Shown here in pieces: positions 28,269 to 41,755 of a stretch of 64,000 nt of DNA (position 1 is the first letter of the stretch; every line of letters begins with the position of its first letter). The notes below the pieces were generated by a model that saw nothing but the letters and a program-made list of their open reading frames with translations, had not been told where the DNA came from and ran no database searches. The translations under genes and the position numbers were made by a program. Source of the DNA: Ruditapes philippinarum (Eukaryota); NCBI RefSeq assembly GCF_026571515.1, contig NW_026861848.1, positions 62,001 to 126,000 of the forward strand. Reading direction: 5' to 3'.

Positions 28269-31200
28269 CTAGATATATGGTGAGGTGAAATCCGGCGCAT
28301 AATACACGGCGTTATATGGTGTCTTATTTGAACTGTAGTAAGGTCTTGGTATGTTCAGATTCGAGATGGATGACCTGAAAAGACAATATATAAATTAAAA
28401 TCTTCACACTAGTACGAGCAGTTTCCATTTCGGATTAACTCCGTAAACATTTTGACTTAGTACAATCGATTATTTTATATACAATTACATAATTTCAAAG
28501 ATAATTTGTCTATAATGGAAGGTCTGTAATTATACAATGAATAATTACGTTAAAAGTACTTTTGGTATAAGACATATCAACAAACCACGAAAAAATTGTT
28601 GGCAGTTTGTGTGATATACCTGATCTGATATTTCATTTATCCATATAAAAGATATATGTTCTAGAACAAAATATAATTATTCATCCTAAAATGTGCATAA
28701 TCTATATTACTTAGGACTTTATCAACAATTTTGTTTCAAACAACTTTTTATCAAAATATATAAAATTGATACATTTCTTTTGTTTTTATAAATATTTAAT
28801 AAGAAAAACAATATGGAAAACGTTCCCTTTTAAGATCTATCCACTTTAACATATAATTTGACATCATGTTTACATATGAATATAAAGATAAAGCTATATG
28901 ATTATGGACACAGAAGCAGACAATTAGATAAAGGTAAATGACTATTAAGACGGAAGTAAACAATTACTTACAGATATTTGATTATCTACACGAAACTATT
29001 TATCAAACCTTTAGCGCAGCACTATACATCAAGTTTTATAAATTAAATTTAGAAATGTTTACACGGAAGCAGCAGACAATTAGCGGTAAATAATTGCCAT
29101 CCAGCACGAACCTAGATATAAATCAACAAACACATTATCAACACGAAACTGAATACGAAGACAATCAAAACATGCTTGAACACGAAGAATCTAAATGTAT
29201 ATTGCTATCAACATGGAACTGAATACAAAACTACAAGTATATTTCTATCACGGAATCAAACACGAAGCTACAGCAATATGACTATCAACGTGGAACCGAT
29301 CAGCACATATTTGACTATCGAGAGGGAAAGGGGCATTTTATTGTATTTATTATTGTATCATAGTTTGGAGACTTTATTATTGAAAATATGTCAGAGCTAA
29401 ATCGTATACCAAAGAATGTGCAGTGTGTTTACATCATCGCACTCACTGTCACTTAAAAAATCATATTAAAGTGCTCGTGCATTGGTTACTTATTTCTTGG
29501 GTTTAACAATGTTAAAACAGGGAACGTGTTTGCCTATAAGTAAAAGACGAAAGAACATCAAAACACTAGGCAATCTGGTTGATAATCGAGGGCTACGCCT
29601 CCTTGACCAAATCAGATAGCCTCGTGTTTCGATGCTCTTTCTTTTACATGCAGAGAACTTGACTTCAGTGTTGTTATATTTTCTGGTCCTTCGGGATCAT
29701 TGATGCCAACACTATAAAGTGGTGTGAATTGAGTACCGCTCAAGCCGGTGCTAGGGGGCGTGAGGGATGTTGCACTTATTCATTATCCCTCATGTACAGA
29801 CTCAATCAAACCGAGTCTGCAATTCTTATGTTATGTTATTTTCGAGGGATCACTTTGTTTCCAGAATTTTGATGTAATTGTCAATAAACAATAAGAAGCA
29901 GGAGTATAGTATATTATATAGATAAGTCACATAAATACCTTCTTCTCCACAGGTACCGGTCTCTTCTGATGTCTCGACTAAAAAAAAATAATTATAGTAG
30001 TAATTTTCACATATAAATATGATTCTTTTTCATTTTCAATTTGAGTGTAAGGACGATAGGAAAACGGACTCATTTTTTATAGTTAAAAAGTTCATATAAA
30101 TTGGTGGCTTAAAACTAACTGTTATGTTGCATCTTTGAAAGTGTCCTTGGGGCAAGTATTCACTTATGCATTTCAGTTTTGTTCTAAATCAGATGTAAAA
30201 ATGGTAAAATAACTATTAGATTAAACCTAAAAGTCATACATATGTTTGTCTTCATCCCCTTCGGTGTTCTGAGTTTCATATTGCTTTTCGTCATCTAAGT
30301 CGTTAAGTGAATACGCCTGTCGCATATGGTCAACGTCGGTCCTAAATCTATTAAATTTACTCCGGGTGTGACGTTTATCTTCCCTTTGTTGATAACGGTG
30401 ATCATAGTAACCCTGATGCTGACCTTGACCATCATCACGTAGCTAAAAAATGAAGATTGTTATTATAGTTAAAATTAATGGAAATAATGTCTGAAAATAG
30501 ATATAAATGTTTACAGTATATCTTGTACAAACACAGTCAATAGATCCACTTGCTTTGAAATGCTTTGAAATGTAATATGCAAAACGGGTAAGAGGAGATG
30601 GGGTGTCATGTGTGCATGTTTCTGCTCTTTTGCAATCGGAGCTAAGATGTTTGCAACACTATGCGTTCGATGCATTGCAAAATGTTCATTTCTGTTAGAA
30701 ACAAGTTTATTATTTCTTTCTACAATCTATAAGCGCCGTTCGAAAACATACTGTTTTGTTTGTTTGTATCATTTTACGCCTTTTTCCAACAGTATTTCAG
30801 TCATATAGGCGGGTAGTTTCCTAACCATCGTTCCTGGAGAGTTAGACCAGTACTTGACTACCTTCCTCCGCGCTAAACTACCAAAGCATCTCCCGGGGAT
30901 CGAACCCACGCCAGAGAGGTAACTGGATTAGAAGTCATCGACTCTAACCACTCGACCACGGAGGCGGTTCGAAAACATACACCATTTAAATACCGTATCT
31001 GATGAAAGCAACATAAGAGAAAAGTTACAACGTTGTTTGGTTTTGTTTGTGATGAACTAACACTACCTGGTTGTTATATTCCTCTGTATTATTTTCATAA
31101 TATCTGTATCTGTCTGGGTAATCATGAAAATGTCTTGTCTCATTCATGTTATGTCTCGGGTTATTGTCGTCTACTTTCCTTGATAAACTAAACAATAAGT

Positions 31201-34200
31201 AGTATAAGCATTTGAACACAACTTTATGCTATGAACGTGGGAAACAATAATGTGATATATAGGAAATATTATCGTCAATTTACAAGCGACGACAACAACA
31301 ACGTCAAGAAACTTCAACGTAACGTTGTAAAATAGGTTATATTGATAAAAATAATAATGCCTTTTAGATATGAATTACATGTACATCACTCATTTCATGA
31401 GCGAAAATCTCAAAATCGATAATAGTCATTAAGACCCATTACAATGATATAACGAAGGGTCAGGGATTTACTTCGAGTGTCTTATAACTTTGCTCATCTT
31501 TACGGAAAAGGTAATTTCTAAAAAAAGGTAACTTATTCGAACCCATGCTTAGAGCTACATGTTTGGTTGTTAAATTTGACTATAATTGCGATTTTGTCGT
31601 CAAATAAGGACTGATTCGCAATCGCAAATCAAACGACCACTTGTCACATAAAACACACTATGAATTATGATAAACAAGATCGACAAGGAAAGGCAGCGCT
31701 CAATGAACGCAGCTTACAGTCTGTCATAAATGACGTCACACCATGTACATTTTACTTACTCTTACTACATTCCAAAATATTATGTACGCATGACGTTTGC
31801 ATGAGTAGTATCTTCATGAATAGATAATGTTAAATTGTTCCTCTTAGGATTTCAAAAACGAGAGAAATTCTGTTTGTGGACTAAAGATAAAAGTACGAAA
31901 CCGACTCGTGATAATAATGATTGACAACCAAAGGCAGGCAACATTTAATTATTTAAGGCCAACTATGATTTACCTGTAAGGATGTGACGAGCCGTCTTCA
32001 AGGTAATATTCTGACGAATCCCTGTACCTAGATTATAAAATTATGAAAAAATAACAAAATACATTTTTAAAGAGACACTCAATTTTTCGAATTTACTAGT
32101 ATATATCTTCAAATTTTAAATCAGTTAGCTAGTGAAGTTACTTCTATATATGTACAGCAAATTTAAACACTATGTTAAACTTTTATCAACAAACGAGGTG
32201 ACATATTGGTTCGACGGCATCACACTTTCGTTCTTATTGAGAAGCTCTACAACAAAATAAAACATACTTGTTGTTGTTGACGATGGCAGTCATCTTGTTC
32301 TCTTTATTGAGCATATTAAAATAAATGCAATATATAATTGTTATCATTATTCAGTCTGTTATTTTTATGTAACTCTTTGATTTATTTCTAACTTCATCCA
32401 CCAAAAGTATCATTCGACCTTGTCGATTTTAAATTTTTTTAAACAAAAAATAATAATCTATAAAAGGGACTCCGATGAGGTTTTTTGACATGACGGGACT
32501 GGAAATTATTTTTAAATAATAAGTTTCTATTCAATGTTAGTGCAGACCAATTATTGTTATCCAAAATTTTAAATCATTTGTTCCAGAATAGTTATTCTTA
32601 TCTTGACAAAAGACCCGAAATCGAACTGCGTTGCGACGCTTTTCTCTGACATTTTTTGCATGTATTTCTAGCTGATCTAAAATCAAAATTTTATGTTTTA
32701 AGACTTTTGGAACTCAGCGGAGTTTGTTTTATCATAAATTTTCCCATTCGATCAAATATATCTGTTATGAAAGCAACGGTACTGTTATAAACGTCTCGGT
32801 CATTCATAAAACATATTTCATTTTTATTAAAGCTGTATTTTATAAACAACTTTTTAACAATAAATTTCTGTTATCTAACATCTACATGTATACTTCAATG
32901 GAGATAAGACATAAACATAAAATCAGATGTAAACTTAAATCACTTTAACTCTGAACTATTTTTCTATAGTATATCAATTTTTCTTTTCTTCAAGTAAAAT
33001 TTCTTTTGTTCTCCGAGTTTGACAATTTTAATGAATTAAAATCCCTACCACAACTGGTCACCCCCCCCCCCCGCCTAAGAAATCAAATATCTTTTATATC
33101 ATTTTATCATAAAATCGTAGTATTCATTATCATAATATTACTCTTGTTATTATTTTTTGAGTTTTTTAACATTTATACTTTACTTGACTTCAATGTTTCT
33201 CCGATGATAAAGGATGGGAGATAACTATTTCAATATTAAAATACAATACCCATACTGCTTAGTTTTCTTGTTTCCTCTTCTCCCACAGTATAATGCGACA
33301 CAGACGAAAATAATGAGAGCTGCTACAAGAAATCCGACGACTCCAAGTACAATTATTAGTATCATGGTGTTTTCTTCTTCATTAGAGGTAGGTGTTGCAG
33401 TTGTGACTTCATTAGGCACTGCATAAATAATTGTTATAACCTAAACATGATGTAACATAGGTTTTAAAGATAACAACGTTCACTTAATTAAAGATAGCAA
33501 CGTTAGTTAAAGATACATATAGTTGCTGATTTGAAAACAGTTATTAAATTATCTCTCAAAATCGGGCATAATAATTGATGGAATGTTCTCAAAAATGAAA
33601 AGAATAAAGATTGTCAACAACAAAAAAAAAATAGAATTTCAGTTTTGTTAATCTCAATATGACATCCTTAAAGTACTATGTATATGAAAACAGGGTTAAA
33701 CTGTCCACTTAAAGAACCTTTTTTATGTTTTTTGTATCATTTATCAAAGATTTAAACATCCTTAAATCTATACCTGTTTGGATGACAAGCTCAACTTACA
33801 TGAATATTTTGTGTTCGTTATATTATATATTTTGAGTAAATACTCATGTAAGACATAGACGATATTTAAGTTTTTTTTATATATATATACTGATATTTTA
33901 TCATGTGGTATGAAACTGGAGTGAAATATGATAATGTTTATGTCACAAGATGAAAATAAATCCTGTATTTATCGAAAAAAACTTATATTTCTGTTTATCA
34001 TATACATTATTGGTTATTTGACATTACAATTTGAAAGACTTCCCCTTAAATTGTGTGTATTGTTTGAATGAAGAAGAAAGTAGTTCGGCAAGACATCAGT
34101 GAAAATACGGAAAATATGTTTCACTGCAGTGAAAAGAAAATATTTACAGTGAAAATACGGAAAATGAAAATACGACTTTTATTTCATCAATATTTGTCAA

Positions 34201-35282
34201 TATTTCATTTACATGTATAAGTAATGTATAAAATATTATAATAAATGTAATTGTTAGACAGTTTAAATACTTTTACAATAGGGGTCTGCAGACCAGTGTC
34301 CACTTTGCATGCACGTGACGCTTGATGGTCCCACTAGCGTCAGACCTGGTTGACACCGGACAGTTACAACTGTGCCGACACTTCGTGAGTATGTGTTAAC
34401 TATAAGATATTTCAACATATCAACTGTAATCACTGGTGGATTTGGTGGCAGCTCTGTTAGTGAGGGGCATTCTATAATAAAAGACATTAACAATATAATT
34501 ATAGTTTCTTATTACTAAGGAACAAACGCAAATGTTCTCACTAAGTTGAAATGGACGCTGATCATATATCGATGATGATCAATTATTGAGTATTTTTTCA
34601 TTACATTGATAGAAAATATACATATAGTTCGAGATATGAGAGTGAGATTAATTGTCTTATATTAATACAATTTTCCCATAATATAACATTGCGGTTACAC
34701 ATACAAAGCAATAAGCCTAAGAGCTGAGGGACATTTAACCAATTAACAAAAATCTAAATCTTACAAATTTTGCTTTCACAACGCTTCAGAATCCAAGATG
34801 GCGTTCAATATGGTCGTCGATTTTATGCGAACGGGTATATCTTATTATGGTAGAGTTTTCATCAAGAAATATGCCGTTTTCAGTAAAAAAAGTTAAAAAA
34901 ACATTTCGGAAATGATCAAATTATAATTAGATAACAATGAAATACATAGCTGTTTATGTTTTTATCTTAATGTTTTTATACGGTTACATAAAAATAACAA
35001 AGATAAGCTACTAAAATTCCAATAGTGTTTGTTTGTTTCTCATAAATACTATGTGCAATTTAATTTCAAACTTGCTGAAATGAAAGAAATGCATGCATGT
35101 AATTATAATTATGTCAATTGAGAATGCGTCAGTGAATACATCTGTACATACAAATTTTGAAAAAAAGTAATTAAAAGTAATAACTTCGAATATATAGAAT
35201 TTAAATTAACTAAGTTAGTTATGAGACCGGTATTTTAAAAGAATATTGTCTCACGGGAGGAAACGTTTTCTATACCTGTCAT
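28269..35282 (-). CDS. Sushi/CCP-domain single-pass membrane protein without signal peptide (SUSD3-like architecture), ~297 aa, 8 coding exons
   Basis: Exons 35282-35276, 34471-34271, 33418-33256 (or -33250), 32027-31974, 31187-31067, 30442-30240, 29977-29939 and 28374-28269; all GT-AG and phase-consistent (894 nt). Sushi: CPSL...GTVVTVRCQPGLTLVGPSSVTCMQSGHWSADPYC. TM: ILIIVLGVVGFLVAALIIFVCVALYC followed by a basic stop-transfer GRRGNKK. An in-frame TAA lies upstream of ACC-ATG. Confidence 0.88.
29541..29646. repeat. Imperfect long palindrome (MITE core)
   Basis: gaaagaacatcaaaacactaggcaatctggtt pairs with aatcagatagcctcgtgtttcgatgctctttc; loop contains gagggctacgcctcc. Confidence 0.7.
29657..29870 (-). 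repeat. Dispersed inverted copy of the 283-bp repeat unit, in intron 7 of the sushi gene
   Basis: Near-identical reverse complement of ~16488-16712 with a short internal deletion; ends at the same ccagaatttt boundary as the array. Confidence 0.95.
30752..30966 (-). mobile_element. tRNA-derived SINE with 14-bp target-site duplication
   Basis: Minus strand: A box TGGTCGAGTGG, B box GGTTCGATCCC, tail tgactgaaatactgttggaaaaaggcgtaaa plus (CAAA)n. Perfect TSD gttcgaaaacatac at 30738-30751 and 30967-30980. Confidence 0.92.
33790..34230. mobile_element. Probable non-autonomous element with central palindrome and internal repeats
   Basis: Palindrome tttcactgcagtgaaa flanked by repeated cagtgaaaatacggaaaat; boundaries approximate. 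Confidence 0.35.
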
Positions 35283-37617
35283 GGTAAATGCTGTACATTA
35301 ATTCAACGGCATTGAAGTGATCTGGAATTGGGATGAACGACTTTGGAAATCCTCTTCAAAATGATTATTCTTTATCTAAGAACATATAGAAACGTCTTGT
35401 ATTAATTAGTGTGGGTAACTATTGCAATATGGGTAATTTGTTTACTTTGTCCTTTAAAAAATATCATGATATTCAGTATCAGTGATACCCCGAATGTTTT
35501 CTTATGTTTCGTTTTACGGCACACCAACACAATTTAGGTCATATAGCGCCGAAATAAGAAAGAAGATTTTTGCTAACCGCGGATGTTTCAAACTTGACAA
35601 TGTTTCAAGGTTCAGAACCATCTAACCTGCAGGAGGTCAGAGATACATAGACACCTGTAATAAGCAGATATCTGTTAATTTATAAACTTATATAAATGTT
35701 CAAATGGATTTTATTTAACAAATAGTACTCGTAGAAAAGTATGTTCAACGCAAACGACGACTTTAGTTCACTCATTCTCACCTAAGCTAAATGAAAGGGT
35801 GTAAGGAGCCTATATATTCCAGCTTTTGATTTGCGTGTAAAATTATATTATTCTAAATCAACACATATCTAAACAGTCTGTAAACAAGCATATATTTAGC
35901 CTATTGAAATTGCTTCAACTTTACATGCATACACAAATCAATAGCTATTGTAATAATAAACATAATTTCTAAATGAATGTATTGATATTTATCCAATACG
36001 TGCCCTGTATGAAAAATGATCAATTACGATGTTGAAAGCCTCTAGCATCACTTGAACACTAATTGAAGATGCTATCAAAGAATAATATTGACAAGGACGA
36101 GTTTAATGGTATACTTTTTATCATCGATTGATTATTCGGGAGGCTAAATGGCAGATAGATCAAATTCCGGTCAATTCGATATGTGTTTAAAGTTGTTTTT
36201 TTTTTAGATACAAACGTTTTACACTTTCCATGCTTGCGGTGACAGAAGATATACATGCGACCAGTACATACCAAGAACAGCCTGTACCATTCGTGTGGCT
36301 CTGTGCGCTATTAAGTCAGTACTATATTATACTTTTAACCTACATAATTATGTTACATCGTTTTGTCGAGACTAAATAACATACTTAGGATTCTTGGCAT
36401 TTTACATGTTAAAACAGTATGTGGGTCAACAAAGATTATTTACAAAAGCAATCAATATAACAAGATATAATAAAAAAGGTGCATAATTATGTTTTATAAT
36501 CAAATACAACATAAAGAAACGTATTTAAGACGATAAATAAAAAGCAAAATTTTTACCTTTTTATAATCTAATCCACAGTCATGCTTTTAAAATTTGATCA
36601 AGTTTTTCGTTGCTTGTTCGACCGACTGAAATATTTATATCCAGTGTTTACAGCAGCAACAGGTTTTCAGGTGAAACGCATGACTGTTAAAAGATGTTGA
36701 ATCAATATTGAACAAATAATTATATACCACAGTCACGGTAGATGAATTCAAACAATATAGACGCTGAAGCTATCTCACGTGGTAAACATAAATTAAAACC
36801 AATATAACCTAATTACATTGTGTCATAAAAAGGGATAAATTCTATTTGTTTTATTTTATTATTTTATAAAACTTCATTCCCACTGCTGAAACATGTATTG
36901 ATTCTTTTCAACGGGGAAAATGGGGATCGAAGATGTTGAAAGTCGAGTATTATTCGTCACTTATAGTTTAATAATTGCGTTACCTTTAGGAAAATAGCTA
37001 TGTTCGTCAAAGTTGTTGAAATATTGATTTTCAAAGTTAATAAATTATTCAAATATTGCATTAATAATGTTTTGAATTAACTGAACACTGCTTTCATTTA
37101 TTAGTTTTGCAACTATAAAATTGTCTGCGAAATGAATTATTAATAAAAAATAACTTGCAAATTGTTGTTATGTTCATCATACTAGAAAGAAAGAAAAATA
37201 TACTGTAAAAACATTGAAAAAGCCTGTAGAAATATAAACTGGCTTATCCTAGTCAAGCAAATCGATTGAACAAAGTCGTATAGAGATTGATGAAACGACA
37301 AAGGCGCAATCGAACCGTGAAGCGCAACACATTTGTTTTATCGATACAAGTCATCTTTTTATCATCTTTGAAACAGCTTGCAGTAATGAACAATGTCCCT
37401 ATTATGTCGATATATCGACTTTGTCTTGAGACAATTTATTAACAATTTTTGCTTCATTTGATGAACAATATTAATGATATATATTGATTAATAGCCTTTA
37501 CTAATTTAAAAGAAAACCACAATATTTATGTTATTTATTTAATGATTCGTTTATTTATTTATATTCTTATATCATTAAACATTCATTGATTAATTCATTT
37601 GTTTATTTATTTACAGG

Positions 37618-37998
37618 TGTCACAGTCCACACTAACTTAAGGGAAACGGTGCTATTCATAGGTTCAGGGCTTCAGTGTGGCTTCAAAAATACACAGATGC
37701 GCTTTCAGAAAATATTTATTATCATTCAAAGATACTCCGCGCGCGACATTTGGAAGTGAAAATACAAATAATAATTATAATGACAAATGACATAGAATCA
37801 AGAGTTGCAAAAGGAATAACAATTATGGAAACAACACAGACATTAATATATACCTGCAAAAAAGCGAGGACGCGCTCTCAGAAAATATTTATTATCATAC
37901 AAGAAAGTCTGGAAAACGTCATGAAAACCTTCAATATGAGTGCGCATGCGTGACGATACTTAGTGCGGAAATAGAATAATAGATTGAGGCCCGTAACA
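37618..37998 (+). mobile_element. Solo-LTR-like element
   Basis: TGTCAC...GTAACA termini, internal direct repeat cgct.tcagaaaatatttattatcat, followed immediately by gTGGTCAG (PBS-like start). No clean TSD. Confidence 0.4.
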
Positions 37999-40900
37999 GT
38001 GGTCAGTACATACTTATTAAAAAATTAATGATTGAACACATGAATAAGATAAATAATGACTGACAAGAATGAATAATTAACAAATGAATTAATGAAATAA
38101 TGGATGCGATATAGGACAATAGATGCAAATAAAGAATTTTACAAAATCTATACAATAACCATACAACAGAATGTTCCGGACATATTACATAACATAATTT
38201 ATCGCGTATCATACGAGAAATATATTGAAAAACAACGTATAACATTTACACATTAATAGGAATCTTCGACAATACACTTTTCTAATGAAAGATAAAACAA
38301 TTAGTTGTAACTACATAGTACATGTGTATATACATGCCCAGGTTTAATTTCAGTTTTCAACGTTTTTCTCTGATTTGAGTTGTATTGGAGAATATTGAAA
38401 ACAGCCGCATGACCTATTTAAGTGGAATGCAATCTGGCGTTTAAATAAACAAACAACAAATACGTTTATTTTATTTTCTAAGTTAATGTATTTGATGCGA
38501 GCCGACATCCTTTTTGTTTCTTCCTTTTTTAATTTAACAATCTGATTTATAAGTGAAAAAAAAAACATAAAAAAAACTAAAAAAAATATTTTGATAATAG
38601 TACAAAATGCAAACTGAATGATCGAAGAATGAACATGAAAAAACTTTGTTTAAAGTTGCAAGCAACACAAAAAATACGTATAATGAAATAATGAATGTTC
38701 AACAAGATCTTATTGTGATGTATTTTTTTATAAATCTAATCTAAAAAACTGTATGCTACGCTTTTGTCAATTGGGTTATTATGATAAAAAGTCAACATTC
38801 GATAAGAGCATTGCCACTTTAAATGTCAGAAGGTAATGATAGTATGATGTTTAAAAGTTAATCTATCATCATAATGATACAAATTACAATATTTGCGTTC
38901 ACGTATAACTGATACTTGTACTTCAAGTACTTATTTACTAATACTTAACAATACCAATGAATGTAAAATCATTATGGAGGTCAAGGATTTTATGTTCATA
39001 CCGAAGTCTGGGTAACTTTTACAAAAATACAATGCATGGCATTTCGTTACAGTTTAAATACACTAACAATTAAAAACACTATCATCTAATATATGTTAGA
39101 CGCCTCAATATGTATTTTGGTGTCTTGGTGTTGATTTCTTTGTCCCATCTGTTCTTCCTACTTCCTTGCAGTTCTTTGACAATTGCATCTTCAATGTTTT
39201 GCCAACATATTTTTGTTCTGAATCTGAAATGGCCTTAAGCGGAGGCCTAATGATATTTTGTTTCAGAACTAATTGGTTACGTTCAATCATCTTTTACAGA
39301 ACAGAAATTGTTGGCGTACTATTAAGATATTCACCAAATTACTGACATTGAACGATGCACAAAAGTAATTTAACTGACAAATGATAAGGTGTTTCATATT
39401 AGGAATGTCGACTGATATGTTCGGAGAAATACAGACAGTGGTGGTTGTATTTTCACAAACATTTCTTGCTTGGGAAATCATTTGTATCAGGAATGGCATG
39501 GCTTTCCTGGGTATTTTCATGAGTTTGGCATGCTTACCTTAAAAGGGCAATTTTGGAGAGCGTATCTTATAATCGTCTATACAATTCAGAATTAGAAATA
39601 AGACAGGAAACTAAATTACAGCCATTTGCAATTTTAAGACGAGTCTCTTTAAAATTTCTGAAAAATCAATTTATCAATGCCAGCTTCACTCTTAGCTAAT
39701 TCAGACAATAATAATTGCTGGTGGTAACTTAATCTACTCGTACAGATGTAATTAGCAAAGACAGAGACAAGCTTTGACATCTGCGCTGTTTAATCATGAT
39801 ATGCATTGTTTGCAACCCAAAAAATAATGAATATATTTTTTTTGAAAGACTAGCAAGTCCATTTGAGATATTTAAAAGTTTATCATATAGAATATGACTA
39901 ACGTCATTATTACCAGAAGGTAGACACATTGACCTCACAAACATATGAAATGTGATTTAGATAGTTATATTTTTTATAAGATTGAGGTATACTCAAGGAA
40001 GTTGATAGCAACCTTGAACAAAAAATAAAGGAGGCTGATATAATTTTGATCATGTAATACTCTCGGCGCTCATTCCTCTTCCTCTTGAAGTTTAATTAAA
40101 ATGTTGCTAATAAGCATTTCCATTTGTGTTGCTATAATAATTACATATAAGACAATTTAAACTAAAATAATCGTTTCCTGAATAACAACCGACTTAATTT
40201 TAATATAAAGAACTTAGACTATCATATCTTAAGATATATCAAATATGAAATAATATTCATTCAGGTACGAACGGTGCGGAAAAAGATGTTTATTCATGAT
40301 AAGAACATTATTTTCAAGTATCCTCACTTCAAGATTATAATGATGAGTATGGATCTTTGTTGGTTTATCTATTATAAATGATAGGTGTATTTACTTATAT
40401 GAGCTACCACAGACCATCTTATACACTAAGTTTATCAATTTGTGGGTTTTTGTGTCAAAGTTGGTCAGACTTTATTTTGCTAACGCAAAAAATAGTTGTT
40501 AACGATTTAAAAAGAATTTCATATAATAAGGTACACTTTCGTTAAACGGAAAGTTGTCATTATTTCGGAATAAATTAGTAATTATTTAATGCTTAACTGT
40601 TATTCAAACATTTTTTTTTAAAGTTACATTTTCTCATTTTCGCGATTCTTTCTTGCTATCATTTATTTAGATGGTTCATCAAATATTGTACTTTAAATAT
40701 ATACTGAAAATATGCACCTTTTTCATCAATGTTGTTTCTCAATTTTTTATTTAATGGTATAAAATTGATAGTAAACTTGCATATTTTGAAGATTGATTTA
40801 TACATTCACCCATTACTGCATAAACACTTTGTGAAAATTAGATGTTTTTATTGAGGGGGCTCCCTTTTCAAGTTCAAATTGCTATAAAAATATAAAAACT

Positions 40901-41423
40901 GCTTCGATACTTATCAAACTTGGCACAAAGTTAACGTTGACTGGACCATTGACTTTGTTACAACTTGCTCAGTTAAAATTTCCTGCTATCATGACAACGA
41001 GGGGACATCTCAAAATTGCCAAAAGTCACTATTTTGCGTTGATTTTTTCCATCAAAATTTATTTCAAAGCGCTGCAACTTCTCAATATATTAAAATAGAG
41101 ACAAAGGTTTTTTAGCGTTACCTTATGATCGATCTTGGGTCATTTTTATCCTCTCACAAGTCCAATTTTTTCTTTGCACATTTCCCTTCTGGCAACCACC
41201 TCATGTATCTTTTAAGTAGGGGCGCGCCGAAAAAGTGGTCATTTTTAAACAACATTTCTCAAACAAAAACAAAATCCTAAATAAGAGATTTTACGCACCA
41301 TTTGAGACAACAACAAATAGATGAAAAAGGTGTTAAAAGGCGTAAATATTAAGTTATTGGTTAACAGAAAATAAAAGAAATACAAGAAATTACCATTTTT
41401 TCCATGTTTAAACATAGCCCAAC

Positions 41424-41666
41424 AATTGAGCCGCGTCACGACAAAACAAACATAATGAATTTGCAACCAGCATGGATCCAGACCAGCCTGCGCGTCCGCG
41501 CAGTCTGATCAGGATCCATGCTGTTCGCTTACCAACCCTATTACAAGTAGAGAAACTGATAGCGAACAGTATGGATCCTGATCAGACTGCGCGGATGCAC
41601 AGTCTGGTCTAGATCCATGCTGGTCGCAAACGCACTATGTTGGTTTTGTCGTGACACAGCTCAAAT
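41424..41666. mobile_element. Palindromic MITE (same family as 4417-4631, opposite orientation)
   Basis: TIRs gagccgcgtcacgacaaaac...gttttgtcgtgacacagctc with nested ggatccagaccag/ctgatcaggatcc repeats. Confidence 0.9.
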
Positions 41667-41755
41667 GAATTTGAAGAAAATTGTTGTTTTGTAGATTTTT
41701 TTTAATTCTTTATGATTTCCTTCTTATACCTATTTGTTTAGAGAACTAGGCTATA

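Noticed and set aside
30880-30966. tRNA gene
   Set aside because: It is the tRNA-derived head of a SINE bounded by TSDs; no complete cloverleaf.
32268-32301. Extra small exon of the sushi gene
   Set aside because: Available acceptors are weak and none preserves the frame between the flanking phase-2 junctions.
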